From the human T2T-CHM13v2.0 reference genome, Homo sapiens, in the NCBI RefSeq assembly GCF_009914755.1, contig NC_060932.1: a stretch of DNA of 64,000 bases. The stretch is one strand, 5' to 3'. Shown piece after piece: positions 39,071 to 54,936 of this stretch. The position numbers were made by a program, and so were the translations under genes. Under the pieces are notes generated by a model. That model had not been told where the DNA came from and made no database searches. It worked only from the letters and a program-made list of their open reading frames with translations. The stretch's first letter is position 1. The number at the start of each line of letters is the position of its first letter.

Positions 39071-40229
39071 TACTCTGGGTGTTTACACCAATCAAGGCCT
39101 CCAAAATTATTCATCTGAAATACTCCTGCCTCTGAAACTTACTTGTCCAGGAATACTTTGTGGGTGGGAGAAATAATGCCTGAATGGTTAAGCCTATATC
39201 TTGAAGCGCTTCTTTCAGATTTAGACTGCCTTAATCATTCCCAACCAAAATCTAACAATGTGAAGGACAGGAATTTCTCCTTCATTCTTTCTTTTTTCCA
39301 TCATTTGATAAAACACACCCACAACCCTTCTCCTTTCTTCTGTTCTATACTTCAGGCTTCTCCATGAAACTTTGTTGTTTTTCCTGTGGCTACATAAAAG
39401 TTTGAAAACTGCCAAATTAGATCATCTCTAGAAGTCATTTCCTGCTTTACCATCTTATGAGCACGAGTCCTCCCTGTTCCCCATCAGTACAGAAGTTAGT
39501 GACCAAATCCAGTCAATTCTTTCCTCAACAATTGCTCTCTTGGGTCTCCCTTTCTTGTCCCTTCCCTCATTCTACATCTGATAAGAACCGAAATCGACAC
39601 ATTGTAGCATTCCCTTAACCAGGCCAGTACTCTCACTTCCAAATTATCTTGTGTCCAGTGGCCACATAAATCCTCAAGAATATCCTTTCGTTATGCTGCT
39701 CCATTGTTCAAACAAAACCCTTCAATTGTCTGTGTCGCATTTCTCATATGGGGGCCCCACAGATATGAGTACATATCAATAGACAGGTTTTAGAGAATAC
39801 AGTCTAAAAAAAGTTAAGTTTTTTCCTTTACTAATAGAATTTCATGGTGACTTTGATATGCTAATGTGCAATGTGAGTCTTCCTGAAGGAGAGATAATAT
39901 AACCAAGAGGTTTTCTCTCTTGGGCTTGTTGTGGGCAAGCACAGGTTTCAGGTCAGAAAATTCCCTTGGGTTGCGATTTTAGAAGCTGTTTCTTATCACT
40001 GATGTCTCTTCCCTGGCACTTCTCACTTGGTGATGAGGCCCCTACTCACTGTATTGTACCTTAACAAGTGAAAGTCCAGAAAGTCATTGCTCAATAGGCT
40101 GTTGCTCTCTCTCGCTCTTTGACTCTCTAACCCTCAGCCTCCCAGAACCACCACTTCAGAAAATCAACGTTATGTTTGTGTGTGTATACATATACGTAGC
40201 TTTCTTTACTGAAGGACTGGGTGATTTTA

Positions 40230-40577
40230 TTTATTCATTTTTTCTTCCTATTTATTTGTTTTTATTTGTATAAAATCATAGGATAAAAGTGCAATTTTGC
40301 TAAATTGATATATTGCATTGTGGTGAACTCAGGGACGTCAGTGCACCCATCACTGGAGCCATGAACATTGCACCCACCAAGCAACCGTCAATCATCTATC
40401 CCCGTCCCATCCCCTTCCCTTCCAAGTCCCCATTGTCCATCATTCCACACTCTGCTTCTGTGTGTACATATTATTTAGCTTCTACTTAAGAGTGAGAACA
40501 TGCAGTATCTGTCTTTCTGTGTCTGAGTTGTTTCACTTAAGATAATGGCTTCCAGTTGCATCTATGTTGCTGTAAAC
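40230..40577 (-). mobile_element. L1PB/L1MA 3' end, 5'-truncated
   Basis: gtgagaacatgcagtatctgtctttctgtgtctg...ttcacttaagataatggc; 21-bp near-TSD at 40209-40229 and 40578-40598. Confidence 0.88.
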
Positions 40578-41077
40578 CTGAAGGACTGGTTAATTTTAAA
40601 AGGGTGTTGCTTCACAGGATAAAAAATGTTAAAAACCATGTAGTAAAAATATAACTTCCCCAGGTCCAAAAATGTGTTTGCCTGTGTGTATGTGCATTGA
40701 CTGAGAAGTCAACCCTTCACTACATGGGTGCTCTTTGAACACATCCACAGTTTTGGACCTGACTGTACTGCCATTTACTGGTTTTGCCCCTCTATCCCAG
40801 AGAGCCTTATCTTCTAGACACTCCCAGTAAAACTCTGTTCATATCCTGGAAAACTCCAATGCCTACCCACTGAGTCATTCCGGAGCCCACTGTGATTTCC
40901 CACATTAAGACAGTTTCCTAAATTCAGATCACTAGAGTAGCATCCTGTGGTTTTTATTTAAATAATCAGTGATTTCTTTTGATAACCTGAGAGCTGCAGA
41001 ATGGTACAGGATGAAGGTTCTTGGTTCTGCAGGTTCTGCAGCAGCATCCAGGTATGCATGTATCACCCAAGGTAGAC

Positions 41078-41395
41078 TTTTCTTTTCTTTTCTTTTCTTT
41101 TCTTTTCTTTTCTTTTCTTTTTTCTTCTTTCTTTCTTTCTTTATTTCTCTTTCTTTCTTTTTTCTTTCTTTCCTTCTTTCTTTGTTTTATTTTTGAGACA
41201 GAGTCTCATTCTGTCACCCAGGCTGGTGTGCAGTGACACAATTATGGCTCACTTCAACCTCCGCCTCCTGGGCTCAAATGATTCTCATGCCTCAGCCTCC
41301 CAAGTAGCTGGGATTACAGGTGTGCGCTACTGCACCCAGCTAATTTTTTGTATTTTTAGTAGAGACAGGGTTTCACCACGTTGGCTAGGCTGGTC
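41078..41395 (-). mobile_element. Alu (S/J), 5'-truncated, with a long (TTTTC)n/(TTTC)n tail
   Basis: Antisense Alu body preceded by ~115 bp pyrimidine microsatellite; near-TSD cccaag(g/c)taga. Confidence 0.9.
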
Positions 41396-41935
41396 ACAAC
41401 CCCAAGCTAGATTTCTTTGGAGATTTTCTTGAAGATGTATCCCCCACCAAAAAAAAAAAAAACCAACCCCAACTATTAGATTGGTTAAAACAGCACATGA
41501 CTTGCTCTAAAATGATTTTAATTCTCAGGGAGGGCACAGTCTCTCTAAACCCTAATAAAAAGCAAAGTATTTTCTAACTACTTGGTAATTTACAACATAA
41601 CTTTTTCTTCCTTTGAAGGCAGTAGATTTCATTATTATGCAGAGTAATATTACATTCCTTCAATGCTTTTGGCATGTATCACTTTGGGCCTGATGGTAAA
41701 AGAGTCATATGCCTCATAAAGATTGCTTCCTTAGTCATGTAAAGAACATTTGAAGGACTATTCAGACAAGTAAGCAGTAGGCAGTATGCTGGGCACTAGA
41801 AATGAAAACATGAATACTACAAGTTTCCCCCGCTGAGAGCTGACCTTGAAAGGCATTTATCCGCTCATTTGTTCTATGTCACATATATTCTGAGCACCTA
41901 CTATATGCCAAAGACTATATTGAGCAGTGGGGAAT

Positions 41936-42362
41936 GCCTTAGACTGGGTTCCCTGACATTCGACTCTGAGACTGAGAATAGTAAATTGTATGTGGAGGTT
42001 TATTAGGGAATATTCTTCAGCGGTGCACCCGAAAGAAAGTGAGGATGAGAGAACTGGACAGGGAGAGAACTGATGATTAATGCAGTTACAACTGAGACCT
42101 TGTCCAGTCCTAATAGGAGATCTAGAGCTGAAATAACTCTTTAGAGTTGTCCCAAAGAGGGAAGCATGCCAGGCCTTTGTATGCCCATGCCATCCAGTCA
42201 TTGGTGGCACATCCTCCTTGAGAAGGACTGTAGTCCTGGACAAGGCAGGTTTTTGAAGCCCAGGCAATGCTGAGTGAGGGATATGGTTTGAACCATCAGC
42301 AATTGATATTCCTAGTAGCTGGGAGATTAGGAGAAATCTGTGTGAGAACACAACATCCACTA
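41936..42362 (-). mobile_element. LTR16-type ERVL LTR
   Basis: tagactgggttccc...actctgagactgaga...ggtttattagggaa...cagtcattgg...cacaacatccacta. Confidence 0.7.
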
Positions 42363-42399
42363 TTGGGCTATAATAGGGCAAGGATCCATGCATGCCTTA

Positions 42400-43150
42400 G
42401 GAAGCCGAGAGTCCAGCTGAGGAGCTACAGCAACAAATGGGCAAAAGCAAGTGCAGATAGATAAGTGCAAGAGTGTGGGAAGTGCTGTGAAGACACACAG
42501 CAAAGGCATCTAGCCCAGTCGTAGGGGTCCTGAGAAGGATTCCCAGACGAGGCAATGGCAATAATGAGACTGCAAAGGGGAAGTGAGCATATGAAAGGAG
42601 TGGTTGTGCAAAATGCTAAGGGGAAAGAGTCTTCCTGGTAAAGGGAACAGCATGTGCAATAGGGCAAGCAATGTGAGAACATGGCATTGGAGCTTCTTAC
42701 AGAGTGAGGAATGGCTGGAGTGGAAAGTGCAATAGAGGAAGTGGTGCAAGGGGAGGCAAGGGAGCTGAGCCAGACCCTGAACCTGAAGGATGGACATGAA
42801 GAAGCAGGCATGACAGTGGGGGATTTTATCTGGATTGTCCTGAAAGTCACGGTTTCCAGCTGAAAGTTACATGATAAATTCTGCACTTTGGGAATATCCT
42901 TTTTAGCTGCGGTGTGGAGAAAGGATTGGAGGTAAAAGAGTAACACAGGGGGACTCCTAAGAGTGACCATGTCGGTGGCTGGTTCATTAGTTTCTGGTGA
43001 GAAATGATAGTGATTAAAATGGAGGTATGTCAGGTGGGATAGAGCGATGGATGGATTTGAGAGATATTAAGTAGGCAGAATCCATAAGACTTGAGTGATT
43101 GGATATGGGTCGTTAGGGAAAAAGAGGAGTCAACCTCAGATTTGTCTTTG
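42400..43150 (-). mobile_element. L2 LINE fragment
   Basis: gggaacagcatgtgcaa...gagtgaggaatggctggag...gatggatttgagagatatt. Confidence 0.65.
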
Positions 43151-43458
43151 AGCCAGAGCAGGCTGGCAGTGGTGTGAAGCACAGAGCTCAGAGTGTCAGA
43201 CTGAAACCAGGGAACCAGTTAGAGCTGTGATTAAAAAAAACAAAAACAAAAACAAAAAGCAAAAAACAAACATCTTTTTATAGAGGGACCCATTCAGGGA
43301 AAAAAGAGAAAGGTTTATGAACCATACTCTTCATACAAATAATAAAACATAAAATTCTAAGAAAATAAAATATGCATTCTTACAGCTTAAATTATCTTTT
43401 TAAGAAAAATGTCAATGAGAAAATTGGCCCTGCTTTTGGCCACTAAAATATTATTATG

Positions 43459-43762
43459 GGCTAGGCATGGTGGCTCAAGCCTATAATCCCAGCATTTTGG
43501 AAGGCCGAGGAGGGTGGATCACCTGAGGTCAGGAGTTCGAGACCAGCCTGACCAATATGGTGAAACCCCGTCTCTACTAAAAATCCAAAAATTAGCTGGG
43601 CTTGGTGGCGGGCACCTGTAGTCCCAGCTTCTCAGGAGGTTGAGACAGGAGAATTGCTTGACCACAGGAGGCAGAGGTTGCAGTGAGCCGAGATTGCACC
43701 ACTGCACTCCAGCCTGGGCAACAGAGCGAGACTCCATTTCAAAAATAAAAAAAATAAAAAAA
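43459..43762 (+). mobile_element. AluSx/Sp
   Basis: Full Alu dimer with A-rich tail. Confidence 0.93.
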
Positions 43763-43860
43763 TGATCTGGGTCATGTTTAAATATAGCAACTTTGAGGCA
43801 GCTTGTCTATGATTTTGGTCCCTCTTTGTATAGTGCTTAGACCTCATAAAGACCACTCTA

Positions 43861-44166
<306 letters not shown>

Positions 44167-44261
44167 CTATAGCATGTTCTTTTTATCCTGGATACAATCC
44201 TGTAGGTAGGAATTATTCTATTCCCAACTTATGAAGCAGAAACAGAGGCTCACAGAAGTGA

Positions 44262-44612
<351 letters not shown>

Positions 44613-44790
44613 GAGTTTGTTCATCCCATTCACTGCTCACTGCTTCCTGCATCAACCTAGGGTTCTCTCTATCTGCTGGGTCTGGGTTTATCTATCTGCT
44701 TTGAAGCAGAAAACTGAGAGGTCAGATGTTGCCTTGCTAGCCTCAGCTACCTGTCACAGGCCATTTACCCTGGAGGTACTGGCCACCTGA

Positions 44791-45081
<291 letters not shown>

Positions 45082-46574
45082 ACACCTGAGCATTCTTGCT
45101 TCCTGACTGCATCTAGGCTGCTGCTGGAGTCCCTTTCCTGGAACATCCTACTGGCCAGGCTTTGTCTTTGGGTTACTTGGAGCACAGAAGCAGAGCAGGA
45201 CAGACAGAAGTGGTTTCTCCAGATACAGATTCCTATGCTTTGTAGGGTCTAAAAAGCTTCAGTTTTACTCAGGTCCTGAGTTATATGTTGTAGCCACGTG
45301 AATTAAAAGACTCCCTAAGCCAGCCATATTGTCACCATGCAGGATCAGATGACTCCACCCTTAACTAACCCAGGGGAGGGGAGTAGAGGGGAGAGGCTCA
45401 TTTTGAAACTGCCTCTGTTGGGGCCCTTCAGGCTGCAGTCCCTGGCCACACAATGGTCTGCCTTTTGGCAGGCACATCCAGTGTTAGGTTTTCAAATACA
45501 ATGAGAAGGGAGTTTATATTTTCATCTGATAATTATAAGTAAAAGATGCAATTAAATATGACTGCAATTAGCTTGAAGTAGATTTTCTGACTGTAAACAC
45601 ACACATACAAATGTATGCATTTCAGACATATCGATTAATATTTCCACAAGCACTTCATAGTCTTGATTGCTATGGGTGGTTAATACAAAGTTTTGTTTCT
45701 TTTGTCTTCTTTCTTATCACGTTCTCCTCTGAAATTTGCCTCTATCCTGGGCTGCCTTATCTACTTCCTGAGTCCCATGATATTTTCTCTGAGATGACCA
45801 TAAAAATTGAGCAAGAAACTGCCTGTCACATTATAAATATTGACTGTAAGGAATCACAGAATGCCTCTAATTTTAGCTGAAAATGTAATAATAATAATGA
45901 TATAAACAGCTACCATTTATCAAATACTTGTTATTAACCAAACCCTGTGCTAAGTGCTTTACACACACTAACTCAATGTACTGAGATTAAATTATATTAC
46001 AACACAAGGATTTTGCCACTTTTGTAGCAGCAATTATCTATTGCCATGCCTTCTCCGTTTTCATTGCCTTTATCTGATCTCTGAATTGGACACTCTGCAG
46101 GACTCAAAATGCTGATTTTGCAACATCTCCTAGGCCCTCTGTGAAATGGAGAAGACGCCTCTTCTTACACTTTGATGCATTGCCTTCAGGTCTATGTCTC
46201 TTTTGTTTCTTTCCCATGCTGCTTTTGTTCTTGGAGATCTCTTCTGTCTTCCTAGAATCTTCCCCAAGGTCATGTTTCAGGCCAAGCAATCTTCCAAAGG
46301 CACCAGTTCTGAGTGATTTCCCCCTTCTGACACATTCCTATAGGAGTAGGCACATTTTGACAAAAGCCTCAACTGCAAAGCTGTCTTGTATGGCTCTAGA
46401 AGAGATAGGACAGGTGGCAGATGATGCCCAATTCCCAGCACAGCCCTGATGACGTCTCTCCTACCCTGCTCCTTAGGCACAGGCACCACTGTAATAGGAA
46501 TAATCTTGAGTACATTCTTATTTTGTTTAAGTTAAAATTAGGTTGCCATGAATCTTACTCCACAAACACGAGTA

Positions 46575-46952
46575 CAAAAAAAATCATAGTTGTGTGTAGA
46601 AAATCCTAAGGAATATACATTTTAAAAACTGCTGGAAATAATCCATTAGTTCACAAGATCACAGGATACAAGATCAGTGTACAAACATCAATTGTAATTC
46701 AATACTAACAATGAGCAATCTGAAAATGAAATTTAGAAAACAATTTCATTCATAATAGCACCAAAAAGAATAAAATACTTAGGGATAAATTTAACCAAAG
46801 AAGCATAAGACTTCTACGGTGAAAATTATAAAACACTGGTGATAGAAATAAAAGGTGATCTCAATAAGTGGTGAGAAATTTCATATGGAATATGTTAATT
46901 CTCTCTAAATTGATCTACAGATTCAACTCAATTGCTCTCAAAATCCCAGCAG
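46575..46952 (+). mobile_element. Old L1M ORF2 fragment
   Basis: caggatacaagatcag...aaaagaataaaatacttagggataaatttaaccaaaga...aaattgatctacagattcaa. Confidence 0.85.
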
Positions 46953-47219
46953 GCCTCCCTCTGGGATTACTTTTCTGCCCTCATGAGAAGCCCTATGATC
47001 CACTGTCTGGGTTATCCTGTTAGCCAGAGCTGGGTGAGAGTTGGTTTCCTCAGATGCATATCTTTGTGCTAAGTAAAGGTTGAAAAGTTTCCTTTGAAAT
47101 TGGTTTTCTAGTCATTTATTGTAGCCAAATAAACTAAATGTAGCTAAATGAGGCCCCTGCACCTACTGAGTAAGCAGAAATTGTAACCACCCATGGTCAG
47201 ACGGGCTTAAAACACATGA

Positions 47220-48330
47220 TTAAGGAAATGAAAAGACAAGCCACAGGTTGCTCTGAGAAAACTTGAAAATTTTTATCTGATAAAAGACTTCCAGAATATA
47301 TCACAAAAAACTCTTGCACCTCAATAATATGAAGACAAACAACCCAGTTAACAAATGAGGCCAATACTTAAATAGACATTTCACCAGATAAGACATATGA
47401 AGGGCCAATAAACACAAGAAAAGATGCTCAACATCATTAGTCACTTGGGATTTACAAGTTAAAACCACACTGAGATACTACTTTATATGCACTAGAATGG
47501 CTATAATAAAAAGAGACAGAAGCAAGTATTGGGGAGGATGTGGAAAAACTAGAACTCTTACGCTGCTGGTGGAAATGTAAAATGGTGCAACCACTTTGGA
47601 AAACAGGTTTTAGTTTTAAAATGTTACCATATGACCCAACAATTCCATGCCTAGTTATCTACCCAAGAAAAAATGAAAATATGTACCAAAAAATCTCATT
47701 AATGAATGTTCATAGCATTATTATAATGTAAAAGTTCCAAAGTGGAAACAATCCAGTTGTCCATCAGCTGGAGAATGCATAGACAAATGTGGTATATCCA
47801 TATAATTGAATAATATTCAGAAGTAAAAATGATTGAACTGCTTACATATGCTACAACATGGATGAACCTCAGTAATATTATGCTAAGTGGTGGAATCCAG
47901 AAAGAAAAGACTGCATAATATATAATTCTCTCTATATAAAATATCCAGAAGAGGGAAATTTATGGACATAAAGCAAATCAGTGGTTGTCTAGGGTTGGGG
48001 ATGGAAGCAGCGAATGACTGCAAAAAGACACAAGGGGACTTGGGGGAGATGAGAATGTTTTACAATTGGATTGTGATGATATCTGCACATCCGTAAACAT
48101 TTACTGAAAATCATTAACTTGTATTCTTACAATGGATGAATTTGATATATTTCATGCCTCAATAAAGCTGCTAAAAATTAGCATATAATGAGAGTGAGAA
48201 GTATAAATGGAACAAATTTGATAATACGTTGATAATTCTTGAAAATGGATGATGGATAATGAGGGTTCATTGTAATTTTTCCTTTTCGCCCTTTGTGGAT
48301 ATTTGAAATGTTGATAATAAAAAATTTAAA
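47220..48330 (+). mobile_element. L1MB/ME ORF2 end and 3' UTR
   Basis: aaaatggtgcaaccactttggaaaacag...tgctacaacatggatgaacctc...cctcaataaagctg. Confidence 0.88.
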
Positions 48331-48870
48331 AGTAATTTTAAAATAGGAAATATCATAGTACTTTATTTTCCTTACATGAAATTAAACCTGGTTCACATAT
48401 TATGAGGCTGGAGGAAAATGTAATCTCAGTCATTATAGTGGTCTCCTCGCTCGGATAACTCAACAATATTGGAGGCTTATGTGGCACCCTCAAAATCTTA
48501 AGGCTATTAGGTCATTATCTGGTATGAATGAGCCTTAGGAAAAAGTAAGTAATTTATGCCAAAGCTGGACCCAGGAATCTTTTCGGAGGTCTGTGCTACT
48601 CATGGTAAAGGCAACCCTCCCTAGGTCCCTACTAGGTTCCTGCATGGTCGTTCCCCTCTGAATCTTGGTCCCTTTGTTCCCAAGAAGAGATGTGACTTCT
48701 GACACTAGTTACTGAGTGTAACTTCTCCCATCTTATTCCAGTTTTTTTTCATTTTAACCTCTTCCCTGGATGTATCCTTTCACAATGGCCAGGAAAATAG
48801 TTCAACTTGCAGCCAGTTTTTCAGGTTGTGCTGATGAGGTAAGGATACAAAAAACATTCTTTAATTTAAA

Positions 48871-48872
<2 letters not shown>

Positions 48873-48904
<32 letters not shown>
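48873..48904. repeat. (TG)16 microsatellite
   Basis: Direct observation. Confidence 0.95.
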
Positions 48905-48907
<3 letters not shown>

Positions 48908-49105
48908 AAGTACAGAGAATAATCCACAGGTAACTCCCATCTTCAAATTCATCTTTAGCATGCAAGCCTTAGTTCATTTTCTTATTTAATCATTCATTAA
49001 ACAAATATTTATTGAGCCCCTCCAAGTAATGCCAGGCACTGTTTGAGGCACTGCAAGCACATCACTAAACAAAACCAACAAAGGCTTTGCTTTTATGCAA
49101 CTTAG

Positions 49106-49550
<445 letters not shown>

Positions 49551-49631
49551 TCTAGAGGGTAAAAGGGGGAAAACGTGGAAAACACAAAAGTTAACCATTT
49601 ACAGTTTTCTATACTAAATTATTACTAAACT

Positions 49632-49927
49632 CAGTCGGATGTGATGGCTCATGCCTGTAATGCCAGCACTTTGGGAGCCCAAGGCAGGAGAATTGCTTGA
49701 GCCCAGGAGTTCAAGACCACCTTGGGCAACATTGCAAAACTCCATCTCTACAAAAAATACAAAAGTTAGCTGCTGTGATGCACACGCCTGCAGTCCCAGC
49801 TATTTTGGAGAATCACTTGGACCCAGGAGGTTGAGGTTGCAGTGAGCCATGATTGGGCTACTGCACTCCAGCCTGGGCAACACAGCAAGACCCTGTTTCA
49901 AGCAAAACAAAACAAGACAACAAAAAA
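49632..49927 (+). mobile_element. AluJ
   Basis: gaattgcttgagcccaggagttcaagacc, gagccatgat diagnostics. Confidence 0.9.
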
Positions 49928-50147
49928 ACCCCAAAATGTCATACTATTCTAAACAGCCAAGTTGCTCAGCACTTTCCCAGATACTCCCAGGTGCATTTTA
50001 AGAAGATACAAGGTTACAGGAATTCTGCTTCTAGGAATCCGTTTTAATGAACTCATTGGAAAGGCAGACAAAAGTATCTGTAGAAGGAATTTCATCACAG
50101 CATCATTATAACAACAAACAATTAGAAAAAGAAAAACCCTAAATATC

Positions 50148-50660
50148 TGTATTAGTTTCCTGTTGCTGCTGTAACAAATTACTTTAAAACTCATGGCTTT
50201 AAATGACACAAATTTATTCTCCTGCCACGCTGGAGGTTAGAAGGCTAAAATCAGGTTTTCACTGGGCTAAAGTCAAAGCGTCAGAGCTGGGTCCTTCCAA
50301 GGGATCTGAGGGAATAGGCTTTTTTCTTTCCATTTTTAGCTCTACTGGCTGCCCACATTCCTTGGCTTGTGACCCCTTCCATCTTCAAGCACATCACTTC
50401 AATCTCTTCTGTCATCACCTTGCCTTCTCTTCTCACTCAGATTCCTCCTGCATCCCTTTCATAAGGACTGCTATGATTTCATGGAGCCCTTGTGGACAGT
50501 TCAGTGTAATATCCCCATCTTCTAGCCTTAATCTTTTAGGCTTAAGATCCTTATCTTAATCAGATATGCGAAGTTCCTTTTGTCATATAAGGTAACATTC
50601 ACAGGTTCTGGAATGTGGAACCTGTGATTAGGATGTGGACATATCTGGAGACCAATATTC
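50148..50660 (-). mobile_element. MLT1D-like LTR
   Basis: tgtattagtttcctgttgctgctgtaacaaattac...gtaacattcacagg...gattaggatgtggacatatct. Confidence 0.85.
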
Positions 50661-50662
50661 GG

Positions 50663-51088
50663 TGATATGATTGGATGTTTTGTTCCCTTCAAATCTCATA
50701 TTGAAATGTGACCTCCAATGTTTGAGGTGGGCCTAATGGGAGGTGTTGTGTCATGGGGGCAGATTCCACATAAATGACTTGGTAATCTCCCTGTGGTAAG
50801 AGTAGTAATGAGCTTACATGACATCTGGTTGTTTAAAAAATTTTGGGACCTCCCCACAACTTGCTTCCTTCTCTCTTGTTACCTTCTCACTATGTGACAT
50901 GCCTGATTCCCTTCACTTTCCACCATGATTGTAAGCCTCCTGCAGCCTCTCCAGCCTCTCCAGAAGCTGATGTGAGCTCTATGCTTCTTGTAAAGTCTAC
51001 AGAGTCATGAGCCAAAATAAACCTCTTTTCTTTATAAATTACTCAGCCTCAGGTATTCCTTTATAGCAACACAAATTGGACTAGCATG
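50663..51088 (+). mobile_element. MSTB-like MaLR LTR
   Basis: tgatatgattggatg...aaatctcatattgaaatgtga...aataaacctcttttctttataaattac...ttatagcaacacaaa. Confidence 0.88.
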
Positions 51089-53058
51089 AGCAGTAGACTT
51101 AATATCATCTCAGCAGTTTTTTAGTAACAAGAGAAAGGGTCATAGTGTAGGTCTCATAGTCAAGACAGAATCATACCAAGCTAAGCTGTGCAGATTATGC
51201 AATGGAGCAGGGTAATTTCCTAGACCTCTATGGCATAATTATGGCTTTCTCATGCTAGTCCAGTCATCGCTGATGTCTTCCAGGAATATTCCTATTCAAG
51301 TAACCAAACTGTTTAGCTTTTCCAATTCTGGCATTGTAGAGAAACAGTTTTTCAGACACACAGTCTATTTGTTCAAACGTGCTTCCCTACATCTGGATTC
51401 TGTATGCGAAGTTGGCTTTCTTTGAAGAATACCCCTTGTCTGGCTTGACATCATTTAGTTTATTTATGTGGAGAACTCTCGGGGAAATACTATACCTATG
51501 TTATATGTGTGTGTGGATATAAAATGCAGAACAACAAATCATTAGAAGGTGTATTCACTCATCAAATTCTGAGTCCTTGGAGCTGTTCTAACATAACCAC
51601 ATAAACTACTCCTATGTATACTTTGCTAGAGTCAGCAAATGAGGAGCAAGCGGGCAAAATCTAATTGGATGGGTAGGGGACCCTAAACGACATTGCAGAC
51701 TCCAGCCCTGAAAGTTCAAGGAACTCTTTTAAAAAAAAAACCTAGATTCTAACCTCCCTGAAGGTAGTGAACGTGTATGTATGTATGTACGTGTGTATGT
51801 ATGTATTTCTTAGAATAGTACAATCTCTCCTACAATTTCTTCATATGTCTATCATTTGCTCAGTTCTTAGCACTAAACCTTGTGCATCTATACCATGACT
51901 ATATTCAAAGAAAGAATGTAACCCTTAATAAATAAAAAATAGAAAACACGGGATGATCAAGTAATGGATTCAAACTGAGAGTGAACAAAATGCTAATAGT
52001 GTGCATTGATATACACATATCTTCTTCTTAAAGGTTTGAGAACATTAGATTATGTACTCCCTGTTTTTATAAATAAGATTTTAAAAACATGAAATTCATG
52101 ATACATTAAAAAGCTTATATTAAAAACCAAAGATGAAAGACTAGATAAACCATACTTTATGTATCAAAAATAGCTCTCTCTTCCAATATATATTTTGCCA
52201 TCTCTAAGAAATGGCCAATCAGATTATGTTGTCAAATTAGATGGAATGTCTGTGGTGGAAGATAAAATGATGATAAATAATGATTTTCATTAACAATCAT
52301 AAAGCACAAAAATGGTTTGAACAGAGAGGCTTTAGGGTAAGAATTGACCAAGGATCAAAGAGTTGTTTTTGTTTTACTTTAAAATAGACATGAGAGCTTA
52401 GTTTAAGCTTCATGACAATACTAGGGTTTGGGTAAAACAAAGAGAACAGATTTCAGTTGAGCAAGGCATTACTTCCTAAATGGACTAATTCTGATAAATC
52501 ACCAAGACATGTGGCTGCTAGATTCCAGACAATGAATTTATACAAAAGGAAACAAAGCCCCATAGACATTTTTATTGTGGATGTTCTCACTATGTCAGTA
52601 CCAAGCTATAAAACAAGGAAAGAAGTGAGTATAATTACAGCCTCTCTCAACAGAGCGAGGAGAATTGGTTTGAGAAAAGCCCATTGTAACTCGTTGCACT
52701 GGGGTGTTCTCTCAGCAGGACCATAAATCAGGTTCCAGCACAGGAACCATATCTATGCTATGTGTAGCTTTGGATCTGACTCACAGATGTTAAGCTGGCT
52801 TATCCCATGGACAGGCAATAGAAGAATAGTTGTAAGTTCTGAGACTAGTGTTTTGGGAATTTGTCTTAACTCTCTACATAATTCTGGATTGCTTTGGGGA
52901 ACTTAATTGGCTTCTCTGAGCTGGGTTTCTCATTCATAAAATATGGCGGTGTGACTACATGAACTGTAAGGACCTTTCTAACTTGAGCATGCTTTATTTC
53001 TGTTTCCTCTAAAATGCTAACTTGTATGATTTTCTCCAACTTCAGGGAAGTATTATAA

Positions 53059-53377
<319 letters not shown>

Positions 53378-53519
53378 ATAAAATTTAATTTCTAACAAAT
53401 GCAAAGGGAAACCCCAAATGTGCAGAACAGAAGTTTGTAGCCTGTTGATTTCTGATGTGATGAATCATATTACTGTTTCTCAAAAATTCACTTTCCTTCC
53501 TTGAAGAACCTCTTTTTGT

Positions 53520-53850
53520 GGGGGAATTATATGTCTTTGCCCTGTTGTACTCAGGAGTGAACTCGCTCATATGAACCTACTTTATTCAATGGAATGTAGA
53601 TGGAAATGATGTTACTTCAAAGATGAACGAATATTTTAGATTTGTCATGTCTCTTCTGTTTGTTTTGATGGCCAAAGATCATATCTGAGATAGAAGATAT
53701 TCCATCAGCCTAAGTCCTGGAATGACAAATATTTGGAACAGTTAATGGTCATGTATTATGGACAAGAAATAAACCTTTGCTTTAAGCCTCTGCAATTTTG
53801 GGAATCATTTGTTTCTGCAGCAAAACCTAACCTTTCCTGAACTGATATAC
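53520..53850 (+). mobile_element. Old MLT1 (H/I/J-like) LTR
   Basis: caatggaatgtagatggaaatgatg...agaaataaacctttgctttaagcc...cctgaactgatatac. Confidence 0.6.
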
Positions 53851-54017
53851 CTGCATTCTAGAAATGGCCAACTATGGAAAGCAGTTCTGATTTCTGGAGT
53901 ATGATTCCAACCAAAAAAATCAGAATTACAAACTAATTTTAAAAAGGGTCTCTCTTTTTATTCTCATCTTCATTTAAGTAGTGCCACATCCATATATTTA
54001 AAAATTCTCTGCTAATG

Positions 54018-54415
54018 CTTTTTTTCTTTTATATTTTCATTGACATGTAATAATTGTACATATGGGATACAGAGTGATGTTTTGATACATGCATACAATG
54101 TGTAGTTATCAAATCAGGGTAATTAGCATATCCAAAATCTCAAACATTTGCCATTTCTTTGTGTTGGGAACATTTGAAATCCTCTCTTCTAGCTTTTTTG
54201 AAAATATACAATAAACTATTGTTAACTATAGTCACCTTGTAGAGCTATAAAGTTCTAGAACTTATTCTTCCTGTCTAGCTGTAATTTTATATTCATTAAC
54301 CAACCTCTCTCTAGCCATCTCTCCCCACTACCTTTCCCATCCTCTAATAACCACAATTCTACTCTCTAATTGTATGAGCTCAACTTTTTCTTTTAGTTCC
54401 CACACGTGAGTAAGA
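54018..54415 (-). mobile_element. L1MA 3' end
   Basis: ttgtacatatgggatacagagtgatgttttgatacatg...aaactattgttaactatagtcacc. Confidence 0.88.
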
Positions 54416-54936
54416 ATGCTTATATCAGTTGCCCCAGTGAAGGCACTAGGCTCTGGAACACATGGGCAGTTTAGTTTCTATTGAGCCTATGATGCCTTTA
54501 ATATTCTTCCAGTATTCGTACCCAAAAGATTGCTTCTGTGTCTTTCATCTATTTGTTCAACTAATATTTTTTGAGTACATACTAACTATCTGGAAAGCAC
54601 TGGAGATGAAAGAGTGAAAAGATACCCTGGTCCCTTAACTGGCTATATTGTATCTTCCAGTAGCTTAAAAAAAAACAGGTGCAAGAGGTGTGATAAATGC
54701 TGTGCTAGGAAGTGCATAGAATGTTATGGGAACACCTAGGATGAACATTTTAAATCAAAGCTCTGACACTGAGGAAGGCTTTCTAGAGGAAGTGTTGCCT
54801 AATATAGGAACTGAAGAATAAATAGTCATTAGACAGAAGAATTATGAATGCATATGTGTGTGGGAGTGTAGGGGCTATGGAAAGATGGTTGGGTAATTAT
54901 GCGTGGGAGGTTGACTTTAAGTTAACCAAAGAGCAG

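Noticed and set aside
41078-41194. (TTTTC)n/(TTTC)n tract and its Phe/Ser-rich ORFs
   Set aside because: Ordinary expanded Alu tail; no TTTCA array; ORFs are low-complexity artefacts
41857-42970. 178-aa and 181-aa minus-strand ORFs
   Set aside because: They lie within LTR16 and L2 fossils with no recognisable protein homology or splice context
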